Shown: positions 36,810-49,280 of the stretch, one piece after another | Layout: every line of letters starts with the position of its first letter | Numbering within the stretch: position 1 is the first letter of the stretch | NCBI GenBank assembly: GCA_026914245.1 | Contig: CP110440.1 | Location: 2,480,001-2,544,000, forward strand | Direction of reading: 5' to 3' | Source: Puccinia triticina | Lineage: Eukaryota | Length of the DNA stretch: 64,000 bases | Made by a program: the position numbers and the translations under genes | Notes under the pieces: generated by a model | What the model saw: the letters and a program-made list of their open reading frames with translations, nothing else | What the model was told of the DNA's origin: nothing | The model's database searches: none

Positions 36810-38610
36810 GTCTCAAAATACAACCACCTCATAGACTTAAAAGACGACTTCAGAAGAAAGCAAACTCAAGCAGATATCTGACCTCATTGAAAAGTTCAAC
36901 TGGGAACCAAAAAGCAACCTCAATCACTTTTTAAATGCAACATCATCTGCTTCAATTTAATCAAAGCAACCCTCAAGTCTCAGCTAACAAGCGTTTTCCA
37001 TCAATATGTGGGCACATCAAGCAATAAAGAACAGTCCCTCAAAAATTGCCCACCGCCGGTCCAACCAGTCAAACCGGATAAACCAAACCTGACAATGTTG
37101 AAGCTTCTGATGGCTTCAGACAACTCATCCAAAGGCATTGGCAATGTCCTCACGGGTTTAACTGAGCAAGCCGGTCTTACTAAAGAGGAGTTTTCCAGCC
37201 AACTGCAGTTCCTTGAAGGCAACTTGGGGACTTGTATGAATGTTGCAAGTCTTTGCAAGCTCTGAATCCCAGCCGGCTATTCACAAACAAGACTTGGCAA
37301 CCTTATTTCAATCCCTGGCGCAGCTCACACAATGTGGAACTTTGCCCAGTCTATCTTCTTACATCACTGGGGCAATCAAACAAACCAAAAGGATACTGGT
37401 GCTTGGAGAATCCTCAAGGCACTAGGAATTCCTGCAGACAAACCTGTAACCAAGCGTGATTTCACTCTCATGATATCAAATATGGAGAAGATCCATGATG
37501 CTGATCTCCTCTATTGCATCCTGTAAGTTGTTTCTTTTCTCAATTTTTACCCATTCAAAACCTATATTTATTCAATGCTGTATATTGCCTCATGTGGACA
37601 GACTTGTGATGGGAAAAGAGGGCGAAACACTTGCGGAGGAGCTTCCAACAATGTCACCGCCGTACATCCAGGAAATAATTGACAAGACCTACAATTGTTT
37701 CTTGTCGGGTGTGGCATTCCAGAACGCCGTTGATAGAAAACAAACAAAACTGATCAACCTCCTTCTGCGGCTACGGAATTTTTCAACCGTTGTTGAAGTC
37801 AATTGGGCAACCAAAGAAGGCAATACCAGCCGCCTTCTCTTGATGTGGAAACAATGGGCTGTGATGGGCCAAGGATTAAAAAAACTTGTTCATTATTCTT
37901 GCCACCTCCTGCAGCTCATTCTGTCACTCGAAGTCATCCTCCCAAAGTCACTAGCTAAAGTCATCGAAAACACACTCCTTCTATGTCCTTTGGGGAGAGA
38001 AGGACACTTTGTAGCGACTGACTTCTACCTAGAAGTTCAAAATTTTTGGCTAAAGTATTTTTACAATCATTCTGGCATTGGAACTGTCATTGAGTGCTTA
38101 CGGGATGTTTTTTTGATCAATATCCCAATTGTAAGTCACAATAGTCCTTTTTAATTATTCTACGCACTTCAATATCTAGACTGAGTTTTCAAATTTAACA
38201 GCTAAAACATCTGATGCATTTGCTGAATATTGAGTTGGGCATGAATGTGATTCAACAATCACACAAGAATAAGATTACAAATATGTCAATCAACTCATTT
38301 ATCAGCTTTGAAAAACAATACAATATCTGCTTAGCCAAAGAGAAGCCCAACGAATACGTTCCAATCCCGATTTCAGACGTTTACCAAGATGGCATCAACG
38401 TGATGAAAGAGGACTTCAAAAATTGCAAAGGCGGACTAGATTGATTGAAGCCATCCTACATGTTTGACCAAGATATGGATGTTGATTCCGCCAATGCCGA
38501 CGATTCCGATGATTCTGATTGGTCCAAAGATTCCAGCGCAACCAATGATTCTGACAATTCCCAGAGTTCCAATACATCTGAATCATCTGGGACATCAGAC
38601 AATTCAGATT
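36810..38610 (+). pseudogene. Academ-type (DUF6589-like) transposase, degenerate
   Basis: Peptides LKLLMASDNSSKGIGNVL, FLEGNLGTCMN, PGAAHTMWNFAQSIFLHHWG, LLLMWKQWAVMGQG, GHFVATDFYLEVQNFWLKYFYN. Premature stops and introns present. Confidence 0.75.
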
Positions 38611-41600
38611 GATCAGGTAAGTGTCTGATTCTCTTTTTCACCTTCTCTAGTGTGTCTCTCTGCGGCTTCAGCGGCTTGAGCTTTCTTGTAACCCTCCAAC
38701 GCGAGAGCATCTTCTGCTTGTTTTGCCGCTTTATTGGCTTTAATCTTTTATTCCTTTTTCTTTTTATCTTCAGGAGACAATCTGATGCGTTTTGCTTTTG
38801 GTTGAACTGTGACAGGATTGGAAGAAGTCGCCGGCAAATCCCCTCTAGCACGCCTTTCCTCGGCTTTGACGGCTTCGGCAGCTCGGACTCGCTTGAAACC
38901 TTCCAACGCTCGCGCATTGTATGCTCTCTTCGCAAGTTTCTCAGCTTCTTTCTTTTGATTTTCTCGTTGTTTCTCTTCTTCATCGTTCTTCTTCTTCTGT
39001 AGTTTTTCAGCTTTTTTGTTTTCCTTTTGTCTTTTTTCCTCGTCCACCTTGGACACAATCTTCTCAAACCACTCAGTTTTTCTGTATTTTTCAATAAACA
39101 AATACATGTTATTGAACTGGTCATCAAAAAACTCTCCACCAATGATTTTTGCAATCAATTTAGGCAGCAACTGCGTTGGCTTCCGCAGCAGTGAAAAACT
39201 TTTCTGGTTTGGATCGGGGTGTTGGGCCAAAAACACCATGATAGAATTGTTTGAAGCTAGCTACAAGATTGTCGGCAATCTTCTTCACGTCTGTTTTGGA
39301 GAAACGGCTTTTATATTTGATTTTTCGATGTTTCTTCTTCTTTGGTTTAACGTACTCGGACATGCCCTCCGTGAAATGGCTAGGATTGCTCAAGATGTTG
39401 TCAAAAGTATCCTTTTTGAACAGGTGTGCAGAATCGTGGATCTGTTTCGCCGCCTCTGGCTCACAGTCAGAGCACTTGCAGGGATCAAACTCATTTTGAC
39501 AAGCTTTCTCCTCGTGATAATTTGGGTCATCTTTGGAAACAGGTATGTATCCGCAACTTCATAATAGAAAAGAACTTGATTAGCTCGAATCAAAACATGA
39601 TACAACATCAAACAGAACACACAGATTATTGATGGCGTTAACTATCCTCAGACAGCCAGGAGTCACGGCATATGCGTCCATTCAATCGTTGTTGGTGAGC
39701 TGCTTCTTCCCACGTTCAAAATCCTTCACGCTGTTCTTCCCTTTTTTTCTAATTGGCTCCATGAACAAAATGGCTAATCCAGGCCTTCCATCTCGCCCAC
39801 AACTTCCCATCATTTGGCTTATTGTCGAGGGGTCGCCTCGACCCATGTATATGACACAGCGGACTCTCTTCCAGTTCTGACCTAGGCCGAGTGCCATTGT
39901 ACTCGAAAAGATTGGGAACTTCTTGTTTTCGAAGTCTTCCACGCAATCTGCCTTGTCTTTGTCTCCGGTACAGGCGTGATAGCGTCTAATCAAGTTGCTT
40001 TTGCTGTTGTAAGCATCCATTTTTTTCCCTCTTGCTCTATTCAAGACATTGATTACGGTTAGGGTGGCCTTCCGGGTGCCAGAATAGATCAAAGTAGGAA
40101 GTAAGTCTTGATCCTTTATCTCAGTTTCTTTTGAGAACATTCTTATTAGGTTGTTGCACAATTTTAGTGGATATTCCATGTAAAATCTAAGAATTTGGAT
40201 CTTGGGTTGTACAATTTCACCACGAAAGAAGCTGATATCCACTGTCTTGAGCATTAAGCTCCCAAGAATCAAATCAATGGCAACTGGACAACAGGTTGCG
40301 GATAGTAACAGTATTGGAACGCCGTTGTTGGCGATCAAGCAATTGCCAAGTTTGCCATACAATGGACGGAAAATACCGTAATCTTGAAGACAATCCCGCA
40401 CTGACAGGAACTTGGCCTTCCCTGATTCCACAAGGCCCCAAACATACACCATGTGCGCCTCATCCAGAACCATCAAAACGAGACGACTCTGGAATTCACT
40501 GCTAAAATACAATTTGGTAAAAAGACCATTATTTAGCAAAATCTTGGGGCTCTAAAAACCCAACCAAATCAGCTGTCTTTCAAGAAATAGGAAGGAAGAG
40601 AAATGATAGCCGGACAAACCAGGTAAACAAAAGAAAAGTCTCCTCTTTTTATTTCTTTGACCAAGCTCTTTGTCAATTTCATTTTTCCAAGGCTGATCCA
40701 CTGCAAGAAAAACTCTAGAAACTGCTTGCAGTTGAGATGCAAGAGCTCAAGGCAAGCTGTGCCTCATGCAAGAATCAAGCACTGGTTGATTACATGCAAA
40801 TTGCATAATTTATGCAAGAGTGAGTCTAAGCTCCAAAAAACTTAGTACAGGCTCCAAAATACTGAGTTGATACCTGTGCAAATTCCCCTTTCATGTGCAC
40901 ATACCCCTTTCATGTGCACATACCCCTTTTTATGCATTCAACCCTTTCATAATGTTACCCGTTCATGTGTGCATACCCCTTTCATGTGCGTGTATCCCTT
41001 TCATGTGCATGTATCCCTTTCACAATGGGTACATACCCCTTTCATCATGCGTTCATGAACCTTTCATGTTTACATGTTGCTTTTGATTTTTTTACATCCC
41101 TTTCATACCCCTTTCATCATTCAGGTTTACATACCCCTTTGATGTTTACATATCCCTTTCATGTGCAAATACCCCTTACTGCACATACTCCTTTCATACA
41201 TACAAACCCCTTTCATGCATAATTACCCCTTTCATCATGTTTAAATATCCCTTTCATGTGTTAATACACCTTCTCACATTCCCCTTTCACGCTTACATAT
41301 TCATTTCTTATGTACATATTCCTTTCATGTGGACACACCCTTTTTATGTTATCCTGGCTGGATTCACATGGATTGTTTAATAAAATAAAATAACAGGGTT
41401 CTCAGGGGGATGTTCATTTTCAAGGTTGAACATTTGCCTCAGCCTACTGCATGATCACTACAGAATGTTCAGCATTGGGATGCTGAACAAGGTATACACT
41501 CAAGGTGCACCAGCACAGAATTTGGATGCTTGACTCCAGCTTGAGCTGAGGCTTGATTCAAGCTTGCTGCATCTCAACTGCAAGCAGTTTCTGAAGTTTT

Positions 41601-42080
41601 TCTTGCAGTGATCGCCTTGATTCCTGCTCTGTTCTTTTCTCGAACTTACACCATGCCAATGTTAATTTGATTTTCTTTTGTTTATAGATGCAAAGCCGCA
41701 AGACTCAGCTGACTGTCACCTAAAGAATCCAATGGGTTCAGCACGAGCACAACGGGCTTCCTCTGCGGTGCATACAGGTGAAAGTACAGCTCCGCGATCC
41801 TAGACTTCCCGTACCCTTTTCCCGCAAGAACAAAGCTATGGTACCCACGCGCAAGATTGCAGACGGTATTGACTTGGAGTTTGTTTGGAGCTTCTGCATA
41901 TTTTTTCTTTGATTTGTCTTGCACATACTCAATTAGCTTTTCGTTGTCCAGTCCTGTTATCTCCGGACTCAGTTGCAACGGCCTCTTTTTTCCTTTTGCT
42001 TTAGTCGGCGGCAATTTTGTGTTTTGAACATGTGCCTCTTGAATATTTTGTGCTGATATTGCTAGCAATGATCCGTCCAT
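38456..42080 (-). pseudogene. RecQ-like SF2 helicase of AcademH, disrupted
   Basis: Motifs AGKGYGKS (I), VLNPLDSLG (Ia), LDEAH (II), LLLSAT (III), YHAC, STMALGLG (V), QMMGSCGRDG (VI) and a Cys-rich region. Stop at 39682 and a CACTA insertion inside an exon. Confidence 0.85.
40699..41610. mobile_element. CACTA-like MITE inserted in a helicase exon
   Basis: CACTGCAAGAAAAAC...GTTTTTCTTGCAGTG, TSD ATC. Removal restores the frame RAGIKAISLGKMKLTK. Confidence 0.9.
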
Positions 42081-43498
42081 TGTCTACAAAAGTCCTTCTG
42101 TTTTCTTGTCTTCAATCCAAAGGGGTTTGTTGGATCCTTTTCCATACCACAAGCCCGTTGATCTCAGTACCCTCAGGTGGTTGCATGCGCCCATCAGCCT
42201 TAGTAATCCAAATTAATTATGTATTTACTATTCTCAACGGCTCAATTTGCCTGAAAAGGATTTTCCTGAGAAGAGGGGGACACAGCGCTACCCCCAATTA
42301 CCTCCTAGCATGTTTCTTGGGAATAAAAAGTAAACTACAAGGAAAATTTTAAAACAGACACCATGGCTGGATTGCCAGGATGCAAGCGCATCCATTGGTG
42401 CTTGGGACCTCATATGTAGCTCGCAAACCAAGCAAGCTACAGCCTCTTGAAGTTCAACCAGATTTCCGCCCAATGCTCTCAGGCAAGCATCCCCGCTTTA
42501 GGTCTAAGTCCCTCCCTGCGGTCAGCAGAACTTTGTTCACCACTCAGCCCCACACAGGGGGGACTTTGTTAAGTTGGGGAATTTGCACAGGTATCAACTC
42601 AGTATTTTGGAGCCTGTACTCAGTATTTTGGAGCTTAGACTCACTCTTGCATAAATTATGCAATTCACATGTAATCAACCAGTGCTTGATTCTTGCATGA
42701 GGCACAGCTTGCCTTGAGCTCTTCAACTTTTGCATCACAACTGCAAGCAGTTTCTAGAGTTTTTCTTGCAGTGGTCTCAAACCTAATAGCTCCTAACCAC
42801 GCTTGAGTCCTGTTGGCCCGGCCTGGGCTCCCTCATTCACATGCTTGGACTTGGGCGACCTATCAATCAAATTAGCTGAGCCTATCAAAACTAAATTTCC
42901 ACTACATAAGAGCTCTTACAACTCAACATTGCAGCCTATAGGACAATTTCAGTTATAAATTCTGTGTTGCTTAGTACTCATGGCTTGCTGAATGTTCTTT
43001 GAAAACATTTTCTACAGGTTTGAGAAGAGTTATGCAAATCCATTCCACACAACTCCAAATCACTGAAAGAATTGAGTCAAGCATAATGTGAGTAGCTCTC
43101 AATGGTACTTCTCGGCCCACAAGAGATGAAGGAAGGTGTTTGGATATACCAATCACTTTGCGGGTGTTGGTCTCAGACTCCATGTTCCTCTGGGATGCCC
43201 CCTGAGCTGGACCTTACCCAACGCGTTGTCCGACTGCAATGATGCTGCCTGGCCAACTCAAAGGGGAAAACCCTCCGAGTCAGCAAAGCTGTCCAATCTT
43301 GTCAATCCGGCCCAGTCAGGAAGATCCTACTTGTACATTCTTTTTGATTGGGAGGGATTCCTCTCAGCCGGCGAGATCACACCCTCCCAGCCAACAAGAT
43401 TGTAACACCTTGTTGGCTGCGAGAGATCCTTCCCGGTCACAAAGCTGACACCAAGTCTTTGACTGGGAGGGGATTTTTCCTGGTCAAGAAACTGATAA

Positions 43499-44366
43499 CA
43501 CTACAAGAAAAAATTTAGACACTGCTAGCAGTTGAGATGCAGAAGCTCAAAGGAAGCTTGAGGTGATACTCAGGCCTTCCTCAAAGGTTATTTCAGCCAA
43601 GGTTGAATGCGCAGTCACTGTGAATATTGTGATGATGTGTGAATCACTCTTTATTCAGAATCTTTGTATAATTTCTCAGCCAGTAGTAGTAGAAGACAGA
43701 CTTGAAGAAAGAAATAAAGACAAATTAGAAAATGAGTCACAATCACATCAGATAAAAGAAAGCAAAAGAAAAATACACAGATTAAAGATGCTATCTATGT
43801 GGGAAACTGAACAATAACGACAACACGTGAGATAAACAACACTACAACACAAAAAAACACTAAAGAAACACCAGTTTTAGTAGCTCATATAACCAGACAC
43901 ACAAAACAAGCACAATAAAGCTGTTGAGTATTTGTTTATTTAGCTCCTCCTGAAACAAGTTGACCTTTAGCAATTTGTCTAGACAGATAATTATTGAAAT
44001 GACATGTGAGTTTCTTGAGCAGATAACGATGTTGAATATTTGATCTTTTACCTTGTAAAAATTCTTCTCATGTATCTTCACTTGAGTTGACTCTTGATCT
44101 TGATGTGTTGAGGGATTGACCAGAGCAAACCAGGCGACTTGAGACCGGAAACAAAGTGAGTGAAACTTAAAATTTGAAATGCCTTCTCCATGCACCACAC
44201 CACAATGCATATTCAATATGTACTAGTCCATAATTACTCTCAACACAAATTTCAAATTGACTGTGCATAAAAGGGCATGATGTCATTACATGGAGTTACA
44301 ATGGCAGTTACACTGGAGTATGGCACATATAAACTGCTGGCAGTTTCTAGAGTTTTTCTTGTAGTG
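43499..44366. mobile_element. CACTA-like non-autonomous element
   Basis: TIR CACTACAAGAAAA...TTTTCTTGTAGTG. Flanks TAA/TAC match 2/3. Confidence 0.75.
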
Positions 44367-44378
44367 TACAAAGAGGTA

Positions 44379-45134
44379 CACCATGGGTTGTGAAGGATGT
44401 CCATGGGACACCCCTTTGGAGCTTTCCCTGGACATCTGGCTCTTGCAGGGCAGGAAAAATCTGCAGGATGTTACTCTTCATGACAGATACAGATGTATCC
44501 CAACTGAGTATCCACTGGATGGTCTTGGAGCGTCTGCTGGATGTAACCCAATCATCCGCCGGATATCACAAACCATCCTCAGATGGGAAAAATATTTGTC
44601 CAGGTGCACTGGCCAGCGCACTCCTGCAGCAAGCACCAGGCGCATGATGCGTGCGCTAAGAAGCGGGGGGGCAGAGGCAGTGCAATTGGGTACCGGGGGT
44701 GATTGGGCCCGGGTGCCGCAGTTTTTGATGAGACTGGGTGTTGAACACCCAACCTGCAGCATCAGAGGTCCCGGTGAAGGCAGCCCTTCCCCACTACAGC
44801 AGGGGGCATGTTTACTTGGCAGGAGCACACGTGGTTTGTATCGAGTGCACACTGGGTTGACATCCATTGGACACTCCAGCCAGAGTGTCCAATGGATGTT
44901 GACTCTCAGGATGTCCAGCGGACACTCCAGCCAGAGTGTCCGATAGATGTTGACCCTCAGGATGTCCAGATGATGTCTTCTAGGGCCGAACATCACTTCG
45001 ACGCATCCAAAAGCATCCAAGTGATGCTCAGTGCACCTGGCATCTGCTGGATGCTCCCCGGACATCATGCGGACGCTTTTCAGCCCAAAGAATCCGCGGG
45101 ATGTCAGACTTTTCCAAAAAGGTGCCCCGTGGTG
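44379..45134. mobile_element. Non-autonomous TIR element, TA-flanked
   Basis: TA|CACCATGGG...CCCGTGGTG|TA with GGACACTCC repeats. Related to 3702-4550. Confidence 0.6.
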
Positions 45135-46212
45135 TAGTCTTTGACCAGGACCATCTGCAAGAAGCCCTTATCTGGGCACAGCAATTGGCCCAGCCAGCTC
45201 CTCCGCCACATGGCACGTCAAGATCAGCCTATGTACAGTCACTGGACAGAAACATTGGTACCCCCAAAAGCTCATTCTAGAAGGCCAACCCACAAACTTG
45301 AAGTCATGAGGATTCAAGAATGAGTGTGTAAAATGACTTCAGAATAATGAATATAACAAAATAAAAAGTATTTGGAAAATCCCAAAATTTACAAAATTGC
45401 TTGCATTAAATTAGCCATCTGTCTTGCGCAGAAAGATGGAGAAAAATCAGGCCTTTCAGCCGGTCTATTTGGCTGTAAGAATTTCCTCCAGGAAGGTGGG
45501 GCATTTTTGAGGGTAAGTTTTTCCCTGCCGAAGTGCCTCAAGCTCTCAGGCCAAAATTTTGACATTAGTACAAGTCCCTCCTTTGGAGGATTAGGGCTTT
45601 TCACAAGGGGTGATTTGCGCCAGCCCAGCCTGTACCAGGGCCCTCTGAAGCAAGGGACTTGCGTTAAGTTAGGGCTGCCTGGCGTTGCCATCCTGCCAGC
45701 ACTCAACTGCTTCCCCCTGCACAAACACCATGAAAATACCATCATCAGCCCGGATGTGTTTTACTACCACCAAATCAACCATTGCTTTCCCCCCCCCCCC
45801 CCCCTTGCACACTCCTCTGGTGTCACTTTCAAATCCAACTTATCAAATCTTTAAGGCAGCAGCATTCTCATTCTCATCACCTCTCTCCTCATCAGAATCA
45901 GCAACACCAAAACTATCAAAAATTTTCACCTTCATCATATGAATATCCATCAGTTTGTATAACTACCAGCCCCTGCCTCCCTTTTCCTCCCCCAAAACCC
46001 AAAATCCAAACCTAAATCTTCCCTTCATATTCTTACATAAAACTCCTTTGCTTAATTTGTGGAATGGAGGTGGGACACTATGTTGGAGAGTGAGCTCAAT
46101 AAAACCAATAATTTTTACTCGGAATGTGAGAAAGAAGAACTATACAGGCTATGTACAATAGCTGTGACAGGTGTTGCAGTCGAGCTCTAAGACAGTGTCA
46201 CAACACACTGAG

Positions 46213-46244
46213 CCCCGCAGTGGTGCAGCCGCCTTGACCTCTAG
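46213..46244 (+). mobile_element. Helitron-like 3' terminus (5' end not located)
   Basis: CCCCGCAGTGGTGCAGCCGCCTTGACCTCTAG|TT, a decayed copy of the hairpin+CTAG end at 53084-53115. Confidence 0.5.
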
Positions 46245-46939
46245 TTATAGCACATACTCAGTGGATTACAAGTTGGCAATGCACGACTTGTGTGTACTTT
46301 TGCAAGTTGTTGTTCAAGGCTTTTCTTGAACACCAAATTTCAAAAATACATTCAAGCAGATTTGGGGGGTGCAGTGAAATGCTAGTTGCATGCACTTTGG
46401 AACTCAGTGGTCAAGAATGAACTTCAACATTGACTTGAAAAAGTGCATGCAAGTCACACATAGCCAAATTTGAAACCCCCTACTATCATAACTACCTATT
46501 GATGCTAGTGTGCATTATATGAAGGGTTTGACTGTACAATCTTATTTGAAGAAAAACTTCATTAAAATTTACAAATGACACTTTCAATTGGCAGACAAGT
46601 ATTTGGCAGGTCAGGCAGGATGAAAATCTTAAATTTAGGAAATGATCTCAACTTCAGGCAAAGTATATTTGTGACATCAGTTATGGTGAACTGGATGACT
46701 TCCTATTGAGATCTGCGGGCCTCCCAGAAGTGATATAGAGCCCAAAAAGCTAGATTTTCCTGCAAAATTCTAGACACTTTGGGTCTAAACCAACATCTGC
46801 GGGGGTCCTAGATTGCACGGGAAGTCCTTCATTGATTGAGCTCAAGTTTTCACCAGCAAAAAAGTTTTAGCAGGCCCCTCTTAGTCAAGCCATTAATTAG
46901 GCAACAGGAAGTCCTCCACTACTTAAGGAGTCTTGTGTG

Positions 46940-48743
46940 TAGAGATAAACCCGCTGCAGATATCTGCTATCTGCCAGCGGATACCGCCAGCAGATGCGGA
47001 TTTCTGAGATTCTGGAAAAACTGGGCGGATACCCAGGTATCCAAACGGGTATCTGCTCATCCTAGGGCCGTGAGCCTCACCTGCGCAACACACAATCTCC
47101 AAAACGGCTTGCCTGCCGGCCCTTGGCCAACATTTAAGGTGTTCAAAGTAGACTTGCATGAAATCATAAAATTCTAAGCTGAAAATAATATGTTGCACCC
47201 AAGCACTCAAATTAGAGCAACATTTCTAGAATGATACATATGAAATCATCACTTGAACGTTTTATAATTTTATGATTTTATGCATTGCAAATTTTATGAT
47301 TTCAACTTTGAACACCTTAATTGGGTCCCAAGACCCAATCGTGGTAGTCTGCGCACCGGCATCCTCTGCAGTCAATTTAGGGTGTTGCTAAATGCACACC
47401 CAAATTTTACTATGAGCGCGCCAAAAAAGGCGTACACAGGTGTGTTCATCTTTTTTTGGCGTGCAGGGACACGTACGCCAAGACACCCCGGCCAATTGCC
47501 CAAAGTCCAGCTTGCTGCGAGGATTACATAACTTCCGGCAACGGTGGGCCAGCTACGCTAACCGTAGCGTTAGCGTGGCATAGCGTAGCGGAATTCCGCT
47601 AAATTTAAGCGTAGCGTTAGCGGATTGCGCCTTCTCTGCGCTAACGCTACGCGCAAAGGGTGCGCAGCTAATTTAGCTGTTAGCGTGGCGATAGCGCAGA
47701 TGCGCGCAATTGTGCTAACGCTACACACGCAGGGCGCAAAAGAGCGCGCGCTACGGTGCGCTACAGTGCTTTTAGCTGGAAAAAAGGCCTTTTTTTTCCG
47801 CTAAAAGCGCTGTAGCGCAGCGTAGCGTAGTGACTGTAGCGGCGCGCTAACACTAACAAACTATTGGCGCCCTGTTAGCGCCGCTGAAACGTAGCGCAGC
47901 GTAGCGGCGCTAACAGCGCGCTAACGCTACTCAAAATGGGCGGGCGCTTTTTGCCGCTACGCTAACGCTAAGTGGCCCTGTAGCGTAGTGTAGCGTAGCG
48001 GCCCACCGTTGCTTCCGGCAAGCTGGACTTTGACCAGCTCGCCGAGAGGAATACATACCTCCCGGCGAGCTGGAATTTGAGCAGCTCGCGGAGAGGAATA
48101 CAACCTCTTGGCGAGCTGGAGTTTAACCAGCTCGCCAAGAGGAATACATACGTGTCGGCGAGCTGAATTTGTAAACCAGCTCGCCGAGAGTATTCTTCCC
48201 GGCGAGCTGGTCAAATCCCAGCTCGCCGAGAGGTATGTATTCCTCTCGGCGAGTTGGTCAAGGTCCATCTCACCAAGAGGTATGTATCTCTCTTGGCGAG
48301 CTGGACTTTGGGGAATTGGCGGCCCCAGTCCTGTATGCCAAGTATGCAGGCGTGCGGGACTGAGGACCGGGTTTCTTGGTGTACGTGCCCCTGCACGCCA
48401 AGCAATAAGGGTGTTCAAAGTTGAAATCATAAAATCATTAAATCATAACACTTTTGAGTGATCATTTTTTTATGTACCATTTTAGAATTGTTGCTCTTTT
48501 TTGAGTGATTGGGTGTTACACATTTTTTTCATATTAAAATTTTATGAATTTATGGTGTTATGATTTTATGCAGTCAACTTTGAACACTCCTAATGATAAG
48601 TGGGTTTTGAGGGGCGGGTATCTGCTGATACCCGCGCTGTTACTGCCCAATTTCAGCGGGTATCCGCTGTTGGATGCAGATGCGGATGTCCAGAAATGAC
48701 TAAAAAAGATTGCGGGTATCCGGATTCAAAGTGACCATCTCTA
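46940..48743. mobile_element. hAT-like MITE hosting nested elements
   Basis: TAGAGAT...ATCTCTA with perfect TSD CTTGTGTG. Contains two inverted GGTGTTCAAAGT MITE-like units (about 47138-47316 and 48409-48590) and an inverted-repeat element at 47456-48401. Confidence 0.75.
47539..48011. mobile_element. TAGCG-rich MITE with 7-bp TSD
   Basis: CAACGGTGGGCC...GGCCCACCGTTG with CTTCCGG duplicated (47532-47538, 48012-48018). CpG-rich and looks young. Confidence 0.9.
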
Positions 48744-49280
48744 CTTGTGTGTTCCTTACAGAAAAAAACACACAGGTAAACGCGTAACACATAGATAACT
48801 GTAACGTAACACGTAGATAACAGTAACGTAACAGAATTTTTGTTGTTATATTTTACTTTTATCCTATTGTGAACCCCCCTAATGAGCAAGTATTGAGGCT
48901 AAAAAAAGCCTTAAATTTCCCAAATAATGGGCCTCTTCTTTGAGGCCCGTTACGTCACGTGTGGGGCTTAAAATGACTCCATTATTAGTAAATTAATGGG
49001 GAGCCTTGGGTAACAAGGGTAGTTATGTTAGCCAAATTGTGTGGATAACACAACATAACATGACTACCCTTTGCTGACACAGGAAATTTTAATTCTAAAT
49101 ATAGTGTGTCAGAAAAGAGAAATAAACAAGAAAAATGGCCATGAAAAGCAGTAATGGAAAAAGGAGGAAAAACCCCTGATCCAATTTGGTAATTCAAACC
49201 TTTAGTCAAAACTGGGTGGATGATTTATCAGGGACTGAAAGGAAAGAAACAGAGCTCAAATATAACTCTGGGTAAACTAA

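Larger units (their letters stand above)
36241..42577. mobile_element. AcademH-type DNA transposon (decayed)
   Basis: TIR CTAACTTATCAAAGTCCCTCC vs CCAACTTAACAAAGTCCCCCC (18/21). 9-bp TSD GAAATTTGC/GGAATTTGC, and the empty site is seen once in the sibling copy near 40879-40887. Carries convergent transposase and RecQ-like helicase genes. Confidence 0.85.
34053..42773. mobile_element. CACTA-like MITE (about 0.9 kb core) expanded by three direct nested insertions
   Basis: TIR CACTGCAAGAAAAACTCTAGAAACTGC at both ends, TSD GTC. After removing the inserts it is the reverse complement of 40699-41610. Contains a CATGAAAGGGGTATG repeat array. Confidence 0.85.

Noticed and set aside
38456..42080. Host RecQ/SGS1 gene
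   Set aside because: It lies within TIRs and a 9-bp TSD, convergent with an Academ-type transposase, and is disrupted.
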